The notes beneath the pieces were generated by a model, which ran no database searches, was not told the origin of the DNA, and worked only from the letters and a program-made list of their open reading frames with translations. A stretch of 63,733 nucleotides of DNA, counting the filler, from Octopus bimaculoides (Eukaryota): NCBI RefSeq assembly GCF_001194135.2. It is 7 parts of 7 records of this genome, joined end to end, with 100 filler letters (N's around TTAATTAATTAA, not from the genome) between each part and the next. Parts side by side here need not be neighbours in the genome. Positions count along the whole stretch, not along the records: positions 1 to 23,955 come from NC_068984.1; 6 more parts are not named here. One strand, written 5' to 3'. A program made the position numbers and the translations under genes. Of the stretch, positions 1 through 12,293 are shown piece by piece (positions within the stretch are counted from its first letter, which is position 1; each line of letters opens with the position of its first letter).

Positions 1-312
1 AATGGTATGCTTGTGGGTGTTTGTTGGGTGGACGGTATGGGGTACCTTGGGTGGGAGATTTATGCATAGGTGTGGGTAGGATTCCTTGTTTGTTATTGGT
101 GTGAGAGTAAGGGGCATTGAGATGGGGATAATAGCAAGTATAAGGGGGGTTCATGATGCTTCTAGTCCATATGGAAGGAGAATGGTTGAGTTGGGTCTTG
201 TTTGGATTATTTTGTGGGGGAAAAAGGGTTTTTGTAGGGTTGGAAGAGGATGTGTTTGGTGTGGAGGGAGGTAGGGGGGTATGTGTGTTTGTAGTGTGGT
301 TTGGGGTGGTGT
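1..312. other. G/T-skewed low-complexity block with many GGG runs
   Basis: Very few C on the + strand; no recognisable protein in the overlapping ORFs. Confidence 0.6.
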
Positions 313-345
313 ATATATATATACACACTAGCCTGGGAAAATATA

Positions 346-420
346 GGATGGTCATAGCTGTCATGGCTTTATTCGTACATCTGCTCTAGCAGGTTAGATT
401 TGGGGCTAAACGGTAACAAA
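346..420 (+). mobile_element. 3' tail fragment of a dispersed SINE-like repeat (family E)
   Basis: GGATGGTCATAGCTG...TTTGGGGCTAAAC(AAC)n-like end; related tails at about 17195-17280 (-), 38220-38285 (+) and 63515-63580 (-). Confidence 0.5.
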
Positions 421-679
421 AAAACAATAAATAACATAACTGTCACGTGTATGTGGACAAAAATAACCTAAATATAAAGTAGCTTTGAATCTCAAAGATG
501 AAATAAATTTAGAATAAACATACTTAAAGCGAAGATATATCAAAGACAGAAATACAACCCATAAAAGAAAGAATGCATTGTCAAGATGAAAACAAAAAAA
601 AAATCAAAGAAACAAACAACGAACAAGCACAAATAGCAAAAGTACAAAGGAAATTTTAAAAATATATTCAAACTATAAA

Positions 680-1500
680 TATTGAGAACATAAATCTGGA
701 ACACTGGCTTAACACAAGCAAAACCAATGAAAGAATAACAAATAGAAAGAAAATCAAGCTTCAGTATACCTATGAAATGTTACCTACAAAAGCTAGATCA
801 AACACAAAAGAAAATATAAAGAAAAGTGAATTATGAGAAATATCTAAGTTCTAAAGCTAAAAGAAAAAAGAAAAGGGTAAAAATATTGAATTTTCAATAA
901 TCTAAATGTGGAAATTGTTAAAGACTTAACAACGATTGAAGAACTTCATATTGTCCAATGAAAGACACTTAGGAAATTTAACGTTAAAATAACGAGCAAT
1001 AGAAATAAACAACACAAAGTATTCCACGATAAAGAATGGGTGGGAAACATTATTAGTATAACTAAAATAAGTCAAGTAAGGAAATAAACCAGTTGCAAAT
1101 AGTCACAAAAGAAACTGGGGACACTCTCAAGACATTTCAAGAAAACGACTTGGAAATCGTGCAGAGAAAAATAGTAAAGAAAAGCAAGATACCCCAATCA
1201 CCATGAATTGTACGAGTGGAGGGGAAGAAATAGAGACAATACTAGAGAAATATGACATAAAATTGATTAATAAATAAGTACCTGAAAGCAGAAAGTACCT
1301 TAATACATGAAATCTTTTGCTAAATCTCAAAGAATTTATTATTAGGAAAAGCGGCTCAAAACGATTTAACGATAACCGGGGGAAAAAAAATCAAACCAGA
1401 AACCGATATAACATCATCAGTAAGAGATGAAGGAGGGATAGCGGGAAAATTGTTGTGGTCAAGACTGTTAAATATTAAAAAAATAATAATGAATAGCAAC
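680..1500 (+). pseudogene. Possible heavily decayed non-LTR retrotransposon C-terminus
   Basis: A-rich. Manual translation gives LEHWLNTSK..KLQYTYEMLPTKARSN then KCGNC..x..YCP (zinc-knuckle-like); many stops. Confidence 0.3.
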
Positions 1501-1812
1501 AATAACGAACACGTAATCCTCTCCCTAACGGTTACTGCTGTTACAAGGGAGATAATCATTTCGTCATGATATCAAGCAAGGTTAGAAAATTGAAATTAAG
1601 CGATTATAAGGTAATGTGATGCAAAGTATTCTGGGACAGTTAACAGTCAGCTGAACTGGCTTAAGTATATTGCTGGTACTTTGTCTTTTTCGAAAGGATA
1701 GAAAACAAAGGGAACTACGGCGAAAGATGGTTACACAGTATACCGATAATGATTAGGGCATTCAGTATGATAAAAATGAACACGAAGAAAAGCAATGGAA
1801 AAAGACTACCAT

Positions 1813-2016
1813 AGGCACAAGGCCTGAAAAATGTAAGGGTGGGGGTCAACCAATTAGAGTGACCCTAGTGCTCAACTGTTACTTATGTTACCAATCCGAT
1901 AGGGCTGATGACAAAGTCGATCTCGGTGGAAATCGAGTTCAGAACATAAAGAACCGAAGGAAACGACGCTACTCATTTTGTCTGACGCACTAACGATTTT
2001 GTCAGTCCACTGCATT
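1813..2016 (-). mobile_element. Old tRNA-derived SINE, family A
   Basis: Diverged match to the family A copies at 2455 and 4173 (AGGCACAAGGCC tail, ACAAAGTCGATCTCGG core, GAGTTCAGAAC box B region). Confidence 0.7.
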
Positions 2017-2454
2017 TACAGCTTCTGATTTAGGCACAACACCACTAGTTTTGAGGGGATTACTGAAGGCAGTAGAAGGATAAAACAGAAGTAGTTAGAC
2101 GAGTTTAGGTGGTGGAAGTGCTGCGAGGAAACCACATTTCGATATTTGAAGGACGATACCGAGCGATTGGTGCCTGATTCCAGGCAGATGTGTACAGTTT
2201 TTTAATCGCAATTTTTTAGCTGTTCTCAAGGAGTGATTGACTGGGGACCGTAAATTTCGATGCCTATCATTGAAAGAGTCTTGGACACTCGACCGAAGAC
2301 ACAGAGTAATGTGTAAAAACCTAGTTCAGTAGATTAAATAGAGGATCTGTTGTGCTGCTGTAAAGTGGGCAATCATGAACACAAGATGGTTTGCTCTAGT
2401 TTTGTTGTTAGATATGAAAGTTGTTCCGTATTGTTGTTTGTTTGAGTGTATATT

Positions 2455-2890
2455 CTTTTCTACTCTAGGCACAAGGCCCGAAATTTTGGGGGAGGAGGGG
2501 CAGTGGATTAGATCGACCCCCCAGTACGTAACTGGTACTTAATTTATCGACCTCGAAAGGGTGATAGCAAAGTCGACCCCGGCGGAATTTGAACTCAGAA
2601 CGTAAAGACAGACGAAATACCGCTAAGCATTTCGCCCGGCGTGCTAACATTTCTTATTTCTTTATTTCCCACAAGGGGCTAAACATAGAGGGGACAAACA
2701 AGGAAAGACAAAGGGATTAAGTCGATTATATCGACCCCAGCGCGTAACTGGTATTTAATTTATCGACCCCGAAAGGATGAAAGGCAAAGTCAACCTCGGC
2801 GGAATTTGAACTCAGAACGTAGCGGCACACGAAATACCGCTAAGCATTTCACCTGGCGTGCTAACGTTTCTGCCAGCTCGCCGCCTTTGC
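2455..2890 (-). mobile_element. Nested/dimeric family A SINE (two cores, two different tails) within one TSD
   Basis: Core ATTTATCGACCCCGAAAGGATGAAAGGCAAAGTC..GGAATTTGAACTCAGAAC occurs twice; 13-bp TSD TTG(A/T)GTGTATATT at 2442-2454 and 2891-2903. Confidence 0.92.
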
Positions 2891-3544
2891 TTGTGTGTAT
2901 ATTGCCAACGACAACAGTCTAGAGATCTTCTTAGTTATATAAGCTGAGAAAGAAACCGAACAAAGGAGACATAGAAAACAACTTCATACATACAACTATG
3001 CTGTATTCAAATTTTTGCATATGTTTTCGGCAAGAGGTTGGTGCTTGTCAATTTGATAGCTAGGAACTCAAAAACTATAATTTTGTGCGATTCCTAAAAG
3101 TTTTACGCACGACAACCCCCCACTCTGCGCGATACACAGTTACAGAGAACTTGGTTTGTTATTTATTTTAGCGATCCCAGAAGGATGAAATTCAAAGTTG
3201 AACTCAACACCTGAACAGGATTTGAACTCAAAACACATGGAACCGGAACAAATACTGCAAAATGTGGTCTTTTAGACGCTGTAATGAGTTCGCAACTTCG
3301 ATGGAACCATACAAAATATTCTTATACAAAACTCTTTAACAAAATAAAGTATTTTTCTTTTCATTATTCTTTCTAAATAATGAGGCTTGTCAATCACAAA
3401 GAGAAATAATTAATGAGTTTTTGGAAACTGAAATGTAGAAATAAAACTTTTAGGAAGAGGGATTACATTAATCTCTTTATCTGATTAGTGTTTATGATTA
3501 ATATTGTCGCAATTTTTATGACTCACATATTCGGTATTGCATGA

Positions 3545-3545
<1 letters not shown>

Positions 3546-3617
<72 letters not shown>

Positions 3618-3639
3618 GTCTATCTATCTATCTATCTAC

Positions 3640-3696
<57 letters not shown>
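3546..3696. repeat. (TATC)n microsatellite
   Basis: Direct observation. Confidence 0.98.
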
Positions 3697-3697
<1 letters not shown>

Positions 3698-4172
3698 CTA
3701 ATTTTCCTTCTACATGGGTTTTCACAACGTTTATAACCGAAGTCAATTAAATAGCGTCATATGATCTATTACATAACAAAAACAATAACTTTTGACACAA
3801 ACTTATACTGGGATATTCAATTCAATACTGAGCAGTTTTCTTAGTAAAGTATATTACATTCATTCTATATCGACCATTGACCAGATTTATCTTTATCCCC
3901 GACTTCTATCGAATTCGTAATGTCAATTGCTTGTTCTTGTTAATCATCACATCAACCGTGATTTAGGAGGCCTATCACTAAAGATGCACCAGTTGAGACA
4001 ATCTTTTCTTCACATTTCAGTCACAGAGTGCCTAGGACCACTTATCAAGACCTGCTTCTTGAAGAAAAACATTGGTAGGAGTAATTTCAAAGGCGTTTAG
4101 CTGGTATTTCCAGTAGGTCAATATACTGTATACAGGGTCTCTCATTTGGTGATCAATATTTGTAATAGTTAA

Positions 4173-4375
4173 CAAGGCAGCGAGCTGGCAGAAACGCTAG
4201 CACTCTGGGCGAAGTGCTTAGCGGTATTTCGCCTGTCTTCACGTCTGAGTTCAAATTCCACCGAGGTCGACTTTGTCTTTATCCTTTCTGGGTCGATAAG
4301 TTGCGTACTGGGGTCGATCTAATCGACTGGCCCCCTCCCCCAAAATTTCGGGCCTTTTTGCTTAGAGTAGAAAAG
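4173..4375 (+). mobile_element. Near full-length family A tRNA-derived SINE with perfect 18-bp TSD
   Basis: Head GAGCTGGCAGAAACG, box B GAGTTCAAATTCC, tail ..AGAGTAGAAAAG; TSD AATATTTGTAATAGTTAA at 4155-4172 and 4376-4393. Confidence 0.95.
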
Positions 4376-4673
4376 AATATTTGTAATAGTTAATGAATTA
4401 ATTTCCGTATGAGAATGTATATTTAGTTGCTAGTCTAAAATAATTCTTGAACGAAGTATGTCTAAAAAACCAAAGAATTAGGTTTTCGACTTTGTCGTTG
4501 TTCGCCAATCTGTTGATGTTGGTGTTTAACCCATATGATCAGATTGTAAAAATCTATTTTGTTATCCAGAATCAATCCACGTTATAGTGAAAATTTGACA
4601 AAATGCCTAAACCAGAAATTAACTATACGTTTTAGTGTCTGGGAATACATACATACATTCATACATACACGTA

Positions 4674-4712
<39 letters not shown>

Positions 4713-4907
4713 AATATATGAGTATATGCATATATATGTACATGTATGTACATACCTTCATCTACATGACGTGGCAAAAGAACATGGGCAAAATGATAAA
4801 CAAGGTACAACAAACAAGCAAGCCACATAGAAACATCTCCTTCATCAGCTGCCACCATTAAAACACCGGCGTATGCATACATACACGTACGCATATATAG
4901 AAAAGAA

Positions 4908-4940
<33 letters not shown>

Positions 4941-4979
4941 TCTGTTCAACTAGTATATGTTGTGCTGCGCACGCGCGCA

Positions 4980-5018
4980 CTCACAGACAGACAGAGAGAC
5001 AAACAGACAGACAGACAG

Positions 5019-5105
<87 letters not shown>

Positions 5106-5120
5106 CTCTCTGTCTCTCGC
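4980..5120. repeat. Compound (CAGA)n-(CA)n-(CT)n microsatellite
   Basis: Direct observation. Confidence 0.95.
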
Positions 5121-6680
5121 ACATACACTCACACAGATATACAGAAATAATTAAATTTACTGACTCAGTAATTGGAGATGTCTAAAATTTATTCAATCAT
5201 TTTCTCACTGCAGAATTATTCAGGAATAAGAGTGAATATATCTATTTTGCAGACGATGTGTGAACATAAATGTACTGCAGATAATTTTTGAAGATAAGTA
5301 TAAGGAATATATTTGCCTATAGGAAAAATAAAGAATATATAACAGGACCTTTCATTGAAAGACACTCTCTGCCAAATTTCCTATATATCAGAAAAAACCT
5401 TTGACACTTTTATAAATTTTTATTCTTCTAGAATGTTCTCTATAGACTTTATTATACGTTTGTTCACTTCGTGTATCTCATTTACGTTTTTTCTCCTCAT
5501 TCTTTTTATGCACTTTGTAGGTTTTATGCTATGGAATTGTTTTCAAAGGCAGCTGCATTGGGGATGCATTTATGATTACCAGTAAAATTACTTTCAATTT
5601 CATCATTAAAATCCTTAGAAAAGACCCAAGCTTTACAACTCCTCAAATATCGTGGTTTGTTTGTATATGCACAGTGTAGCTTTTTCATCATCGCTGCATT
5701 TCACTTATGTCCTTAACATACTTGAGAAATGTATAAAGGCTATTATTTTCACTTCGATAAATTTGTAGCTTATCCTAATGTTGATTCCTATTCAGTTATA
5801 TTCTCATTAAATCGCTCAATAGTTTGAAACAGGAATACAATTAAAGATCATGCTGCGTTTCAAAGTTAACCATTGTTATGGTAAACGTCTAATCCTCTTG
5901 ATAAATGAACTGGAGATAATTAGTATATTCCCATCTGGGAAAAGTATTTGTATACAAGCTAAATTGTATTCTGGGATATTCATGTACATAATCGCTTTGC
6001 TTATATTTTTCATTAAATTAATTCCTGTTGTTTTTTTCACCACTATTTATGAACTAGTATTTTATTTTCCTTTTATACCTTACACTTGCCAAAAGCTTTT
6101 ATGAGTTGGTTTTATATAAGTTTTCAATGTATTAATTAGTTGATTTGTATTGCTCTATATGTATGGGATACCGCTACGGAGAGGAGAATTTCGCGAGGAA
6201 ACAAAATATCTCATTATGCAACATATAACGGTAAAGCTATGCCTTACGCCATAATGCTACCTATATGCAAAAAGTAGTTTATATTCACTGAAATGAGACG
6301 TCTTGTTAAGAGAAAGGAAGCCGTCGGCAATGAATCTATTGAAGATATGTAACAGCTGTAAGGTGTATTCAAACATATAAATGTAATCAATGTCATTTTG
6401 GAAACACAGGAAGTAGAATATTTTAAGGTCAAGATTGTTGAAGTGTAACATATAACAGGGGTGACGATCTTTAGTACTTTTGATAATTTAAAATTCGCTT
6501 CTAATTTCACGTTTTGAATAATTCTAAGATGATTTTTGGTAATTCGAATTTAGGAGGTGTTGATATGAATTTCTTCGGAATATCCTCATATTTAGCAGTA
6601 TTAATAGAGTGAAGTACGCTGATTCGAGCCATATATATATATATATATATANNNNNNNNNNNNNNNNNNNNTATATATAT

Positions 6681-6816
6681 TCTTTTACTTGTTTCAGTTA
6701 TCTCACTGCGGTCATGCTGGAGCACCACCTTGAAGGGTTTCAGTCAAACAAATCGACCCCAGGACTTATTTTTCAATCCTGGTACTTATTCCATCTGCCT
6801 CTTTCGCCGAACATAA

Positions 6817-6856
<40 letters not shown>

Positions 6857-7000
6857 CAGTATCTTTCAGTTTCTGTCTACCAAATTCACTCACAAGGCTT
6901 TGATAGGCTCGAGGCTATGGCAGAAAACACTTTCCCAAGCGCCATAGGACTGAACGCAGAACCATGTGATCGGGAAGCAAGCTTCTTACCACACAGCCAT
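6681..7000 (-). mobile_element. Family B SINE (tRNA-like head, CORE-like middle, internal (TG)n, unique tail)
   Basis: Reverse complement starts ATGGCTGTGTGGTAAGAAGCTTGC..; tail TCTTTTACTTGTTTCAGT matches 35959-36215 and 54478-54737. Confidence 0.88.
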
Positions 7001-8882
7001 ATAAGTTTTAGCACCTATCGGAAACAATATTGAGGCAAATTGCAAAAAGTCCCAAATCAAACGTAGTGAAGCCGTGGTCATATTTTTCTTAAGTGCAGGG
7101 GGTCATGGACCATATTATTTAAGGCGCTGTTTTGAAAGAGTGTAGTGTAATTTGAAAGAAATTCAGTTGCTATTTCTCGTAAGTTTAGCGATTGCGTAAG
7201 TCTTACTTTCTGACTCGTTACAAAGAACATCTTTCAATAGCACACATGAAAACTACTGAGTAGACGTAATCCTACTTTTGCCATGAACTATCCACCAATC
7301 TTTTAATGGTTAAAATGACGTTGTATCGGCAGGTATATGCCTATAATTTAACTGCTATTCTTGACTTTATATTAGAGAGGCTATCTATGAAATACATTTA
7401 CTACTACTACAACTATTACTACTCAGTATATATTAAAATGATAATAAAGATGGTTTTTAATAGAGATCATATCTGCAGTTGATGAATTTTCTTCAGTGAG
7501 CTAATGAGGCATGTTGAAGAAAGTCAGCATTACCATAAATATTAGAAAAAAATAATGTACATATTGATCATATAAGCAACGAGAAACATAGTCTCTCAGG
7601 AGTCAAATCCGTGTTCTGATTTACTACCCGCTTGAAATGATTTCCTTTCACCTTCTTTGCTAATATACTCTTTGGAAAAGTATGAACACCCGCCATTAAT
7701 CCAATTCTGCTCCCATATGAATCTGAAGTTTTGTGCCTATACAAAAAAATCAATACTAATTATGTAACATAATTGATTCAGCTATTCATTAATAACATTT
7801 ACGTTCATATCGTCACCGTTCATTATTTTCTCCACATCATTTTTTAGCATCAACTTTTTTCCGCTTGTTTATCATTTGCAGCGTAAGAAAGGGAATAAGA
7901 TTTAATTTAACATACGCAGAAAATACGAGAAGAGACTAGCAGATAGGTATACTTGTTATATCAGGCACGTGTAGTAATGCTCCAGAATCATTTTTCTCTT
8001 TTTTACACTTCTCTCTCTTTCTCTTTATATCACACATCTCTTTTCTTTCCCTCACAACTCTCCCTCCTCACTCTCCCTTCTCTCGTTTAGATTTCCAACA
8101 GCATCTTTCTATCTTTATATTTTCGCCCACTCTTTATTTGGCTGAATCTTTACATGAATGATTCTCTCATAAACCAGCCTTTCCCACTTACTTATTGAGG
8201 CGTTAATCAATGTTCCGTAACGACCGAAAGAAATCTTAGCTGCATGTGAATGTTACGTCTACTGCTCAAATAACTATATAGGATCTATTACCAAAAACTG
8301 AATCAATTACAAAATCTGATTTCTTGAACGAAATGGAATATTTCTTAAATTTCATCTTGATCTCAACATAGCTGAAATATTAAAATACAACACTAGAAAT
8401 AAACGAAGTTTTGCTGTTATCTTGTTTCAACTCACTACTAATATAACCGATGTGATGATAATGGTTAATTCCATAGCACTAGTAATATGTCGATCTAGAT
8501 AGACTACAACTTATAGCTTTGTCGTTTTCACATCTAAGTTCAAAACTCACTAAAGACGGTCTATTTTTTGTCTCCCCACTTCTTATAATTATCAGTCTTT
8601 TAATTCACATTTGCCATATTCTTTCCTGATAATACTGTTTCATAATTCCAGATTAGGTCTTCATTTAGCTTAAGTTAGGCTTTTTTTTTTTTGGTCAAAT
8701 CAGCATGTGAAGCACATGATGCAAGTAAGAGATGCTGGCTGTTTTGAATGGCTCTCAATGAAATAAGTAGAATTGCTATGTACTTTATCGATTCGAGAAG
8801 AGATGACCCCGGTAGAATTCCAATTCAGAATGTAAAGGGCTCTAGTTAAATACCAGTAGACATTAATTTTCTTTCCTTAAGA

Positions 8883-9083
8883 AAGGCGGTGAGCTGGCAG
8901 AATCGTTATCACACCAGACAAAATGCTTAACAGAATTTGTTCCGGCTCATTATGTTCTGAATTCCCTCGAAGTTGACTTTGCCTTTTGACACGATAAGAT
9001 AAGTACTAGTTGAGTACTGGCGTTAATATAATCGATTAGTCACCAGACTCCAAATTTCGGACCTTGTACCTACGGTAGAAAGA
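8883..9083 (+). mobile_element. Diverged family A SINE
   Basis: AAGGCGGTGAGCTGGCAGAATCGTT head through CAAATTTCGGACCTTGTACCTA tail. Confidence 0.85.
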
Positions 9084-9395
9084 AAATTTCTCTCTACGTA
9101 TTCTGTTTTTCATTGTTCTTAATGAAATAGTAAAAACCATTTCAAAAAAAGTAGCATAGATACTTCATAAACTCGAAACTGGCAAGAGTAATATCTAAGT
9201 TAAAAAAGCCATTTTTCTTCAACGATGGACTGCAGTAGATAGAGTTGGCTCCATTTATTACAATTTTGTATGTATCAAACCTGAAGGTCGGCAAGCAGAC
9301 TTCTTACCACACAGCCACGCGTATCCTTTCGTATTTGTATTTAATATAAGAGCATTTCTCTGAGATATTTTAATCTCAGCCATATTGAAAATATT

Positions 9396-9562
9396 CTTTT
9401 CTACTCTAGGCACAAGGCCCAAAATTTTGGGGGATGGGGTGAACCGATTAGATCGACACCAGTACGCAACTGGCACTTAATTTATCGACCCCGAAAGGAT
9501 GAAAGGCAAAGTCGAGTTCGGCGGAATTAGAACCCAGAATGTTTCTGCCAGCTCGCCACCTT
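9396..9562 (-). mobile_element. Family A SINE with internal deletion and TSD
   Basis: Tail and core intact, segment between box A and box B missing; TSD CCATATTGAAA(A/G)TATT at 9380-9395 and 9563-9578. Confidence 0.9.
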
Positions 9563-10028
9563 CCATATTGAAAGTATTAAAATACCAATGTGTTGTCTTT
9601 GAGAACTCTATGTTTGGATGAAACTTACTTCATAAACGCTCCTGTTTCACTTTCTAAATTATTCACTTATAACATGCTTATAAGCACAAAACCAGCCAGT
9701 ATTCGAAAGATTTTTATGTTTACACAAATAAAGTTATTGACGCTCTTGAACATCTATTCCATTCCAGTCAAAGAAATGTTCTAAATTGTACAAATAACAA
9801 CGTATTAATCGATTAATAATATGCAAATATTTTGGAGGCCAAACAACTAAACTACTAAACAACCAAACAATGCCAAGTAACTAAAATTCCTCAGAAATGC
9901 GGACAGTGCATTAAAACTAAATTTGAAATTTATTCAAGCTGATACAGAGTGTTAAATTAATGCTCAGTTTTCAAACAATATTTAAATAAATAATTGTTTA
10001 ATGGAATTATTCAAAAATTTAACTATGC

Positions 10029-10030
10029 TA

Positions 10031-10101
<71 letters not shown>
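10029..10101. repeat. (TATC)n microsatellite
   Basis: Direct observation. Confidence 0.97.
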
Positions 10102-10807
10102 GATGCCTATTTAAATAAACAACGTAAATAAATAAAGACACTTGATATGCTACTTATGTTACACAGTATAAATAATATGAAAAAAAAATTTAATTAAATC
10201 TCTTCAAAACAATGATGACAAATATATTATAAAACATTATTTTTATAAACATAGAATCAGAAAAAATTATAAACAGGATTAATTAAAAATTTGGACAAAT
10301 TTCTCACACTTAAACACACACAAACACATACACATAATCATACATACTCATGTACGTGTGTATTTATGCGAATGTTTAATTAGAATGTTAAAGTGAGCAA
10401 TTAACTTGTTGATTTACTAAATCATCCTTTAGACGATCAATGTGATCAAATAACTTTACTAAACGTGAATATCATTTAAATAAATTCATTGACGCTATTG
10501 TTCTGAAAGAGAAATTATAAGATCAACTGCTGATAATCATATGATAATCACACTGGAGAGTCTTATATTTCAAAAACATAATGCTGGTTATAATTAGTGG
10601 TTGAAATTTCAAATAATGAATATATTTTTTTCTCGCTTTTTATTTTCCTTTGTTAAACGATTAGGAATTTCAAATTATTTTCACAAAAAGATATTGGGAA
10701 AAAGATCTGAAATTTAAATTCAAACTGAAACTGAACTTGAAATTCAATATCAAGAATTTCAATTTGAATTCAGTTTATTTATTTTGACTCGATGGCCAGG
10801 CAACTTG

Positions 10808-10945
10808 TTTGGGCAAGTGTCTTCTACTATAGTTTTGGGTCGACCAAAGCCTTCTGAGTGGATTTGGTACTTGGAAACTGAAAGAAGTCGGTCGTGTATA
10901 TATAGATATATAAATATATGAAATGTGTGTGTGTGTGCGTGTGTG
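10808..10945 (+). mobile_element. Family B SINE middle fragment
   Basis: TTGGGCAAGTGTCTTCTACTATAG..CGACCAAAGCCTT..GAGTGGATTTGGTA..GGAAACTGAAAGAAG then (TA)/(TG) repeats. Confidence 0.85.
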
Positions 10946-11619
10946 AACGCGCGCATGTCTTTGTATTTGGCCATTTTGCAGTTCAAACAGCATTAACTTG
11001 ACATTTGAAGCCCACAAGTAAGAATGCAGATAAAACTTGTATTCAATGTCTATTGTTGTTATGACTTATGTCCAATTTTAATATAGCAAATTTTGGGAAT
11101 AATAGATTTCGTGCTAAATCAAGCTAGACGCAGAAACCCAGCAAGAGAAATTAAAGTCCCTGCATCTGTTTGTGAAACACCATCCACCTTTATTATAGAG
11201 TGATGGGTATAAAGCTAAATTGTGTAAAGAAAGACATATACAGTGTTTGGAGTATTTATATCACAAGGGTTTTAACTGGTGATTGTAACAGAATCTTAAT
11301 CGAATTTGATTCAGTCAGTAATAAATGATAAACTATAAAAAAACACAACATGCAAAAACGCGCACATACAGATATAAATATATGTATGTGTGAGTTAAAA
11401 CATACATGCATGCATATGTACATACATACATACATACATACATACATACATACATCGGCCTAGTGGATGTTAACATAAGGCTAAAGATCAGTGAAAAAGA
11501 AAATATCTACACTCAATGGCCCAGGAACGAAATTTATTTATGAACTCAGGTTCAATATTTTCACAAACAAGACCGATTTTTTTTCAGTCTTAATATCAAA
11601 ACAAACAGCCGATCTCCTC

Positions 11620-12030
11620 TAAATGCATCCTTGAATGGCTGACTGGTCTAGTATTATTGTTAGGAGTTTATCCAATGTCTTTTGTTTAGTGTTTCACTAG
11701 AGGATCCTTTTATATTTCTGAATACTTTAGGCAGGTAGTTGCACAGTAGAGGACCTCCAAATATCAGAATCGTACAATAAAGTGTTTTTGCTTGTGATTT
11801 CGATGGTGGTATTATTTGGAAGGTGACAGTGTCTAACAGTTTGTGCATTAAAATTCTCTCTAATGCTGAAGTTTGGAACACGATTTTCCATACGTATGTG
11901 ATAGTATATCTCTCTCTTCAGCATTCAAGACAATAGAGATGCAACACTTTCAAATATTCCCAATAGTTAAGGCTTGTAAGCAAAGATATTTTACTGGTGA
12001 ACGTTCTTTGTAGCACTTCACTTGCTTCTA
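11620..12030 (-). pseudogene. CR1-clade LINE ORF2 C-terminal fragment (decayed)
   Basis: Manual translation EVLQRTFTSKI..LNYWEYLKVLHLYCLEC*RERYTITYVWKI, ORF-track GPLLCNYLPKVFRNI, and LDKLLTIILDQ match the CR1 C-terminal pattern QRxFT..LNYWERL..LYSLERRRERY..WKI..GPxLFNxLP..LDxxL..PDQP. Confidence 0.8.
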
Positions 12031-12171
12031 TGAGACGAAAGCTGTGAGCTGTAATCTAACCTGCTCAGAACTCAGGTTTTCTATAGAGTTAGCCTAACTA
12101 CTGGTTCTCACGAAGGTGTGTGAATCCATCCTATGAGATGTCTGCATTTAGATGTCAGTTTGGTGATGTGG

Positions 12172-12293
<122 letters not shown>

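Noticed and set aside
2030-2440. Possible LINE 3' remnant on the - strand
   Set aside because: Only a vague resemblance; no diagnostic motif recovered
3541-3750. Long ORFs such as (SIYL)n, (HT)n, (CV)n, poly-I/L/V and X-filled ORFs
   Set aside because: Translations of microsatellites and N runs, not genes
5150-6150. Possible second Penelope-like relic on the - strand (NNG*, REH remnants); similar hints at 20750-21200
   Set aside because: Too few and too short motif matches to support without a profile search
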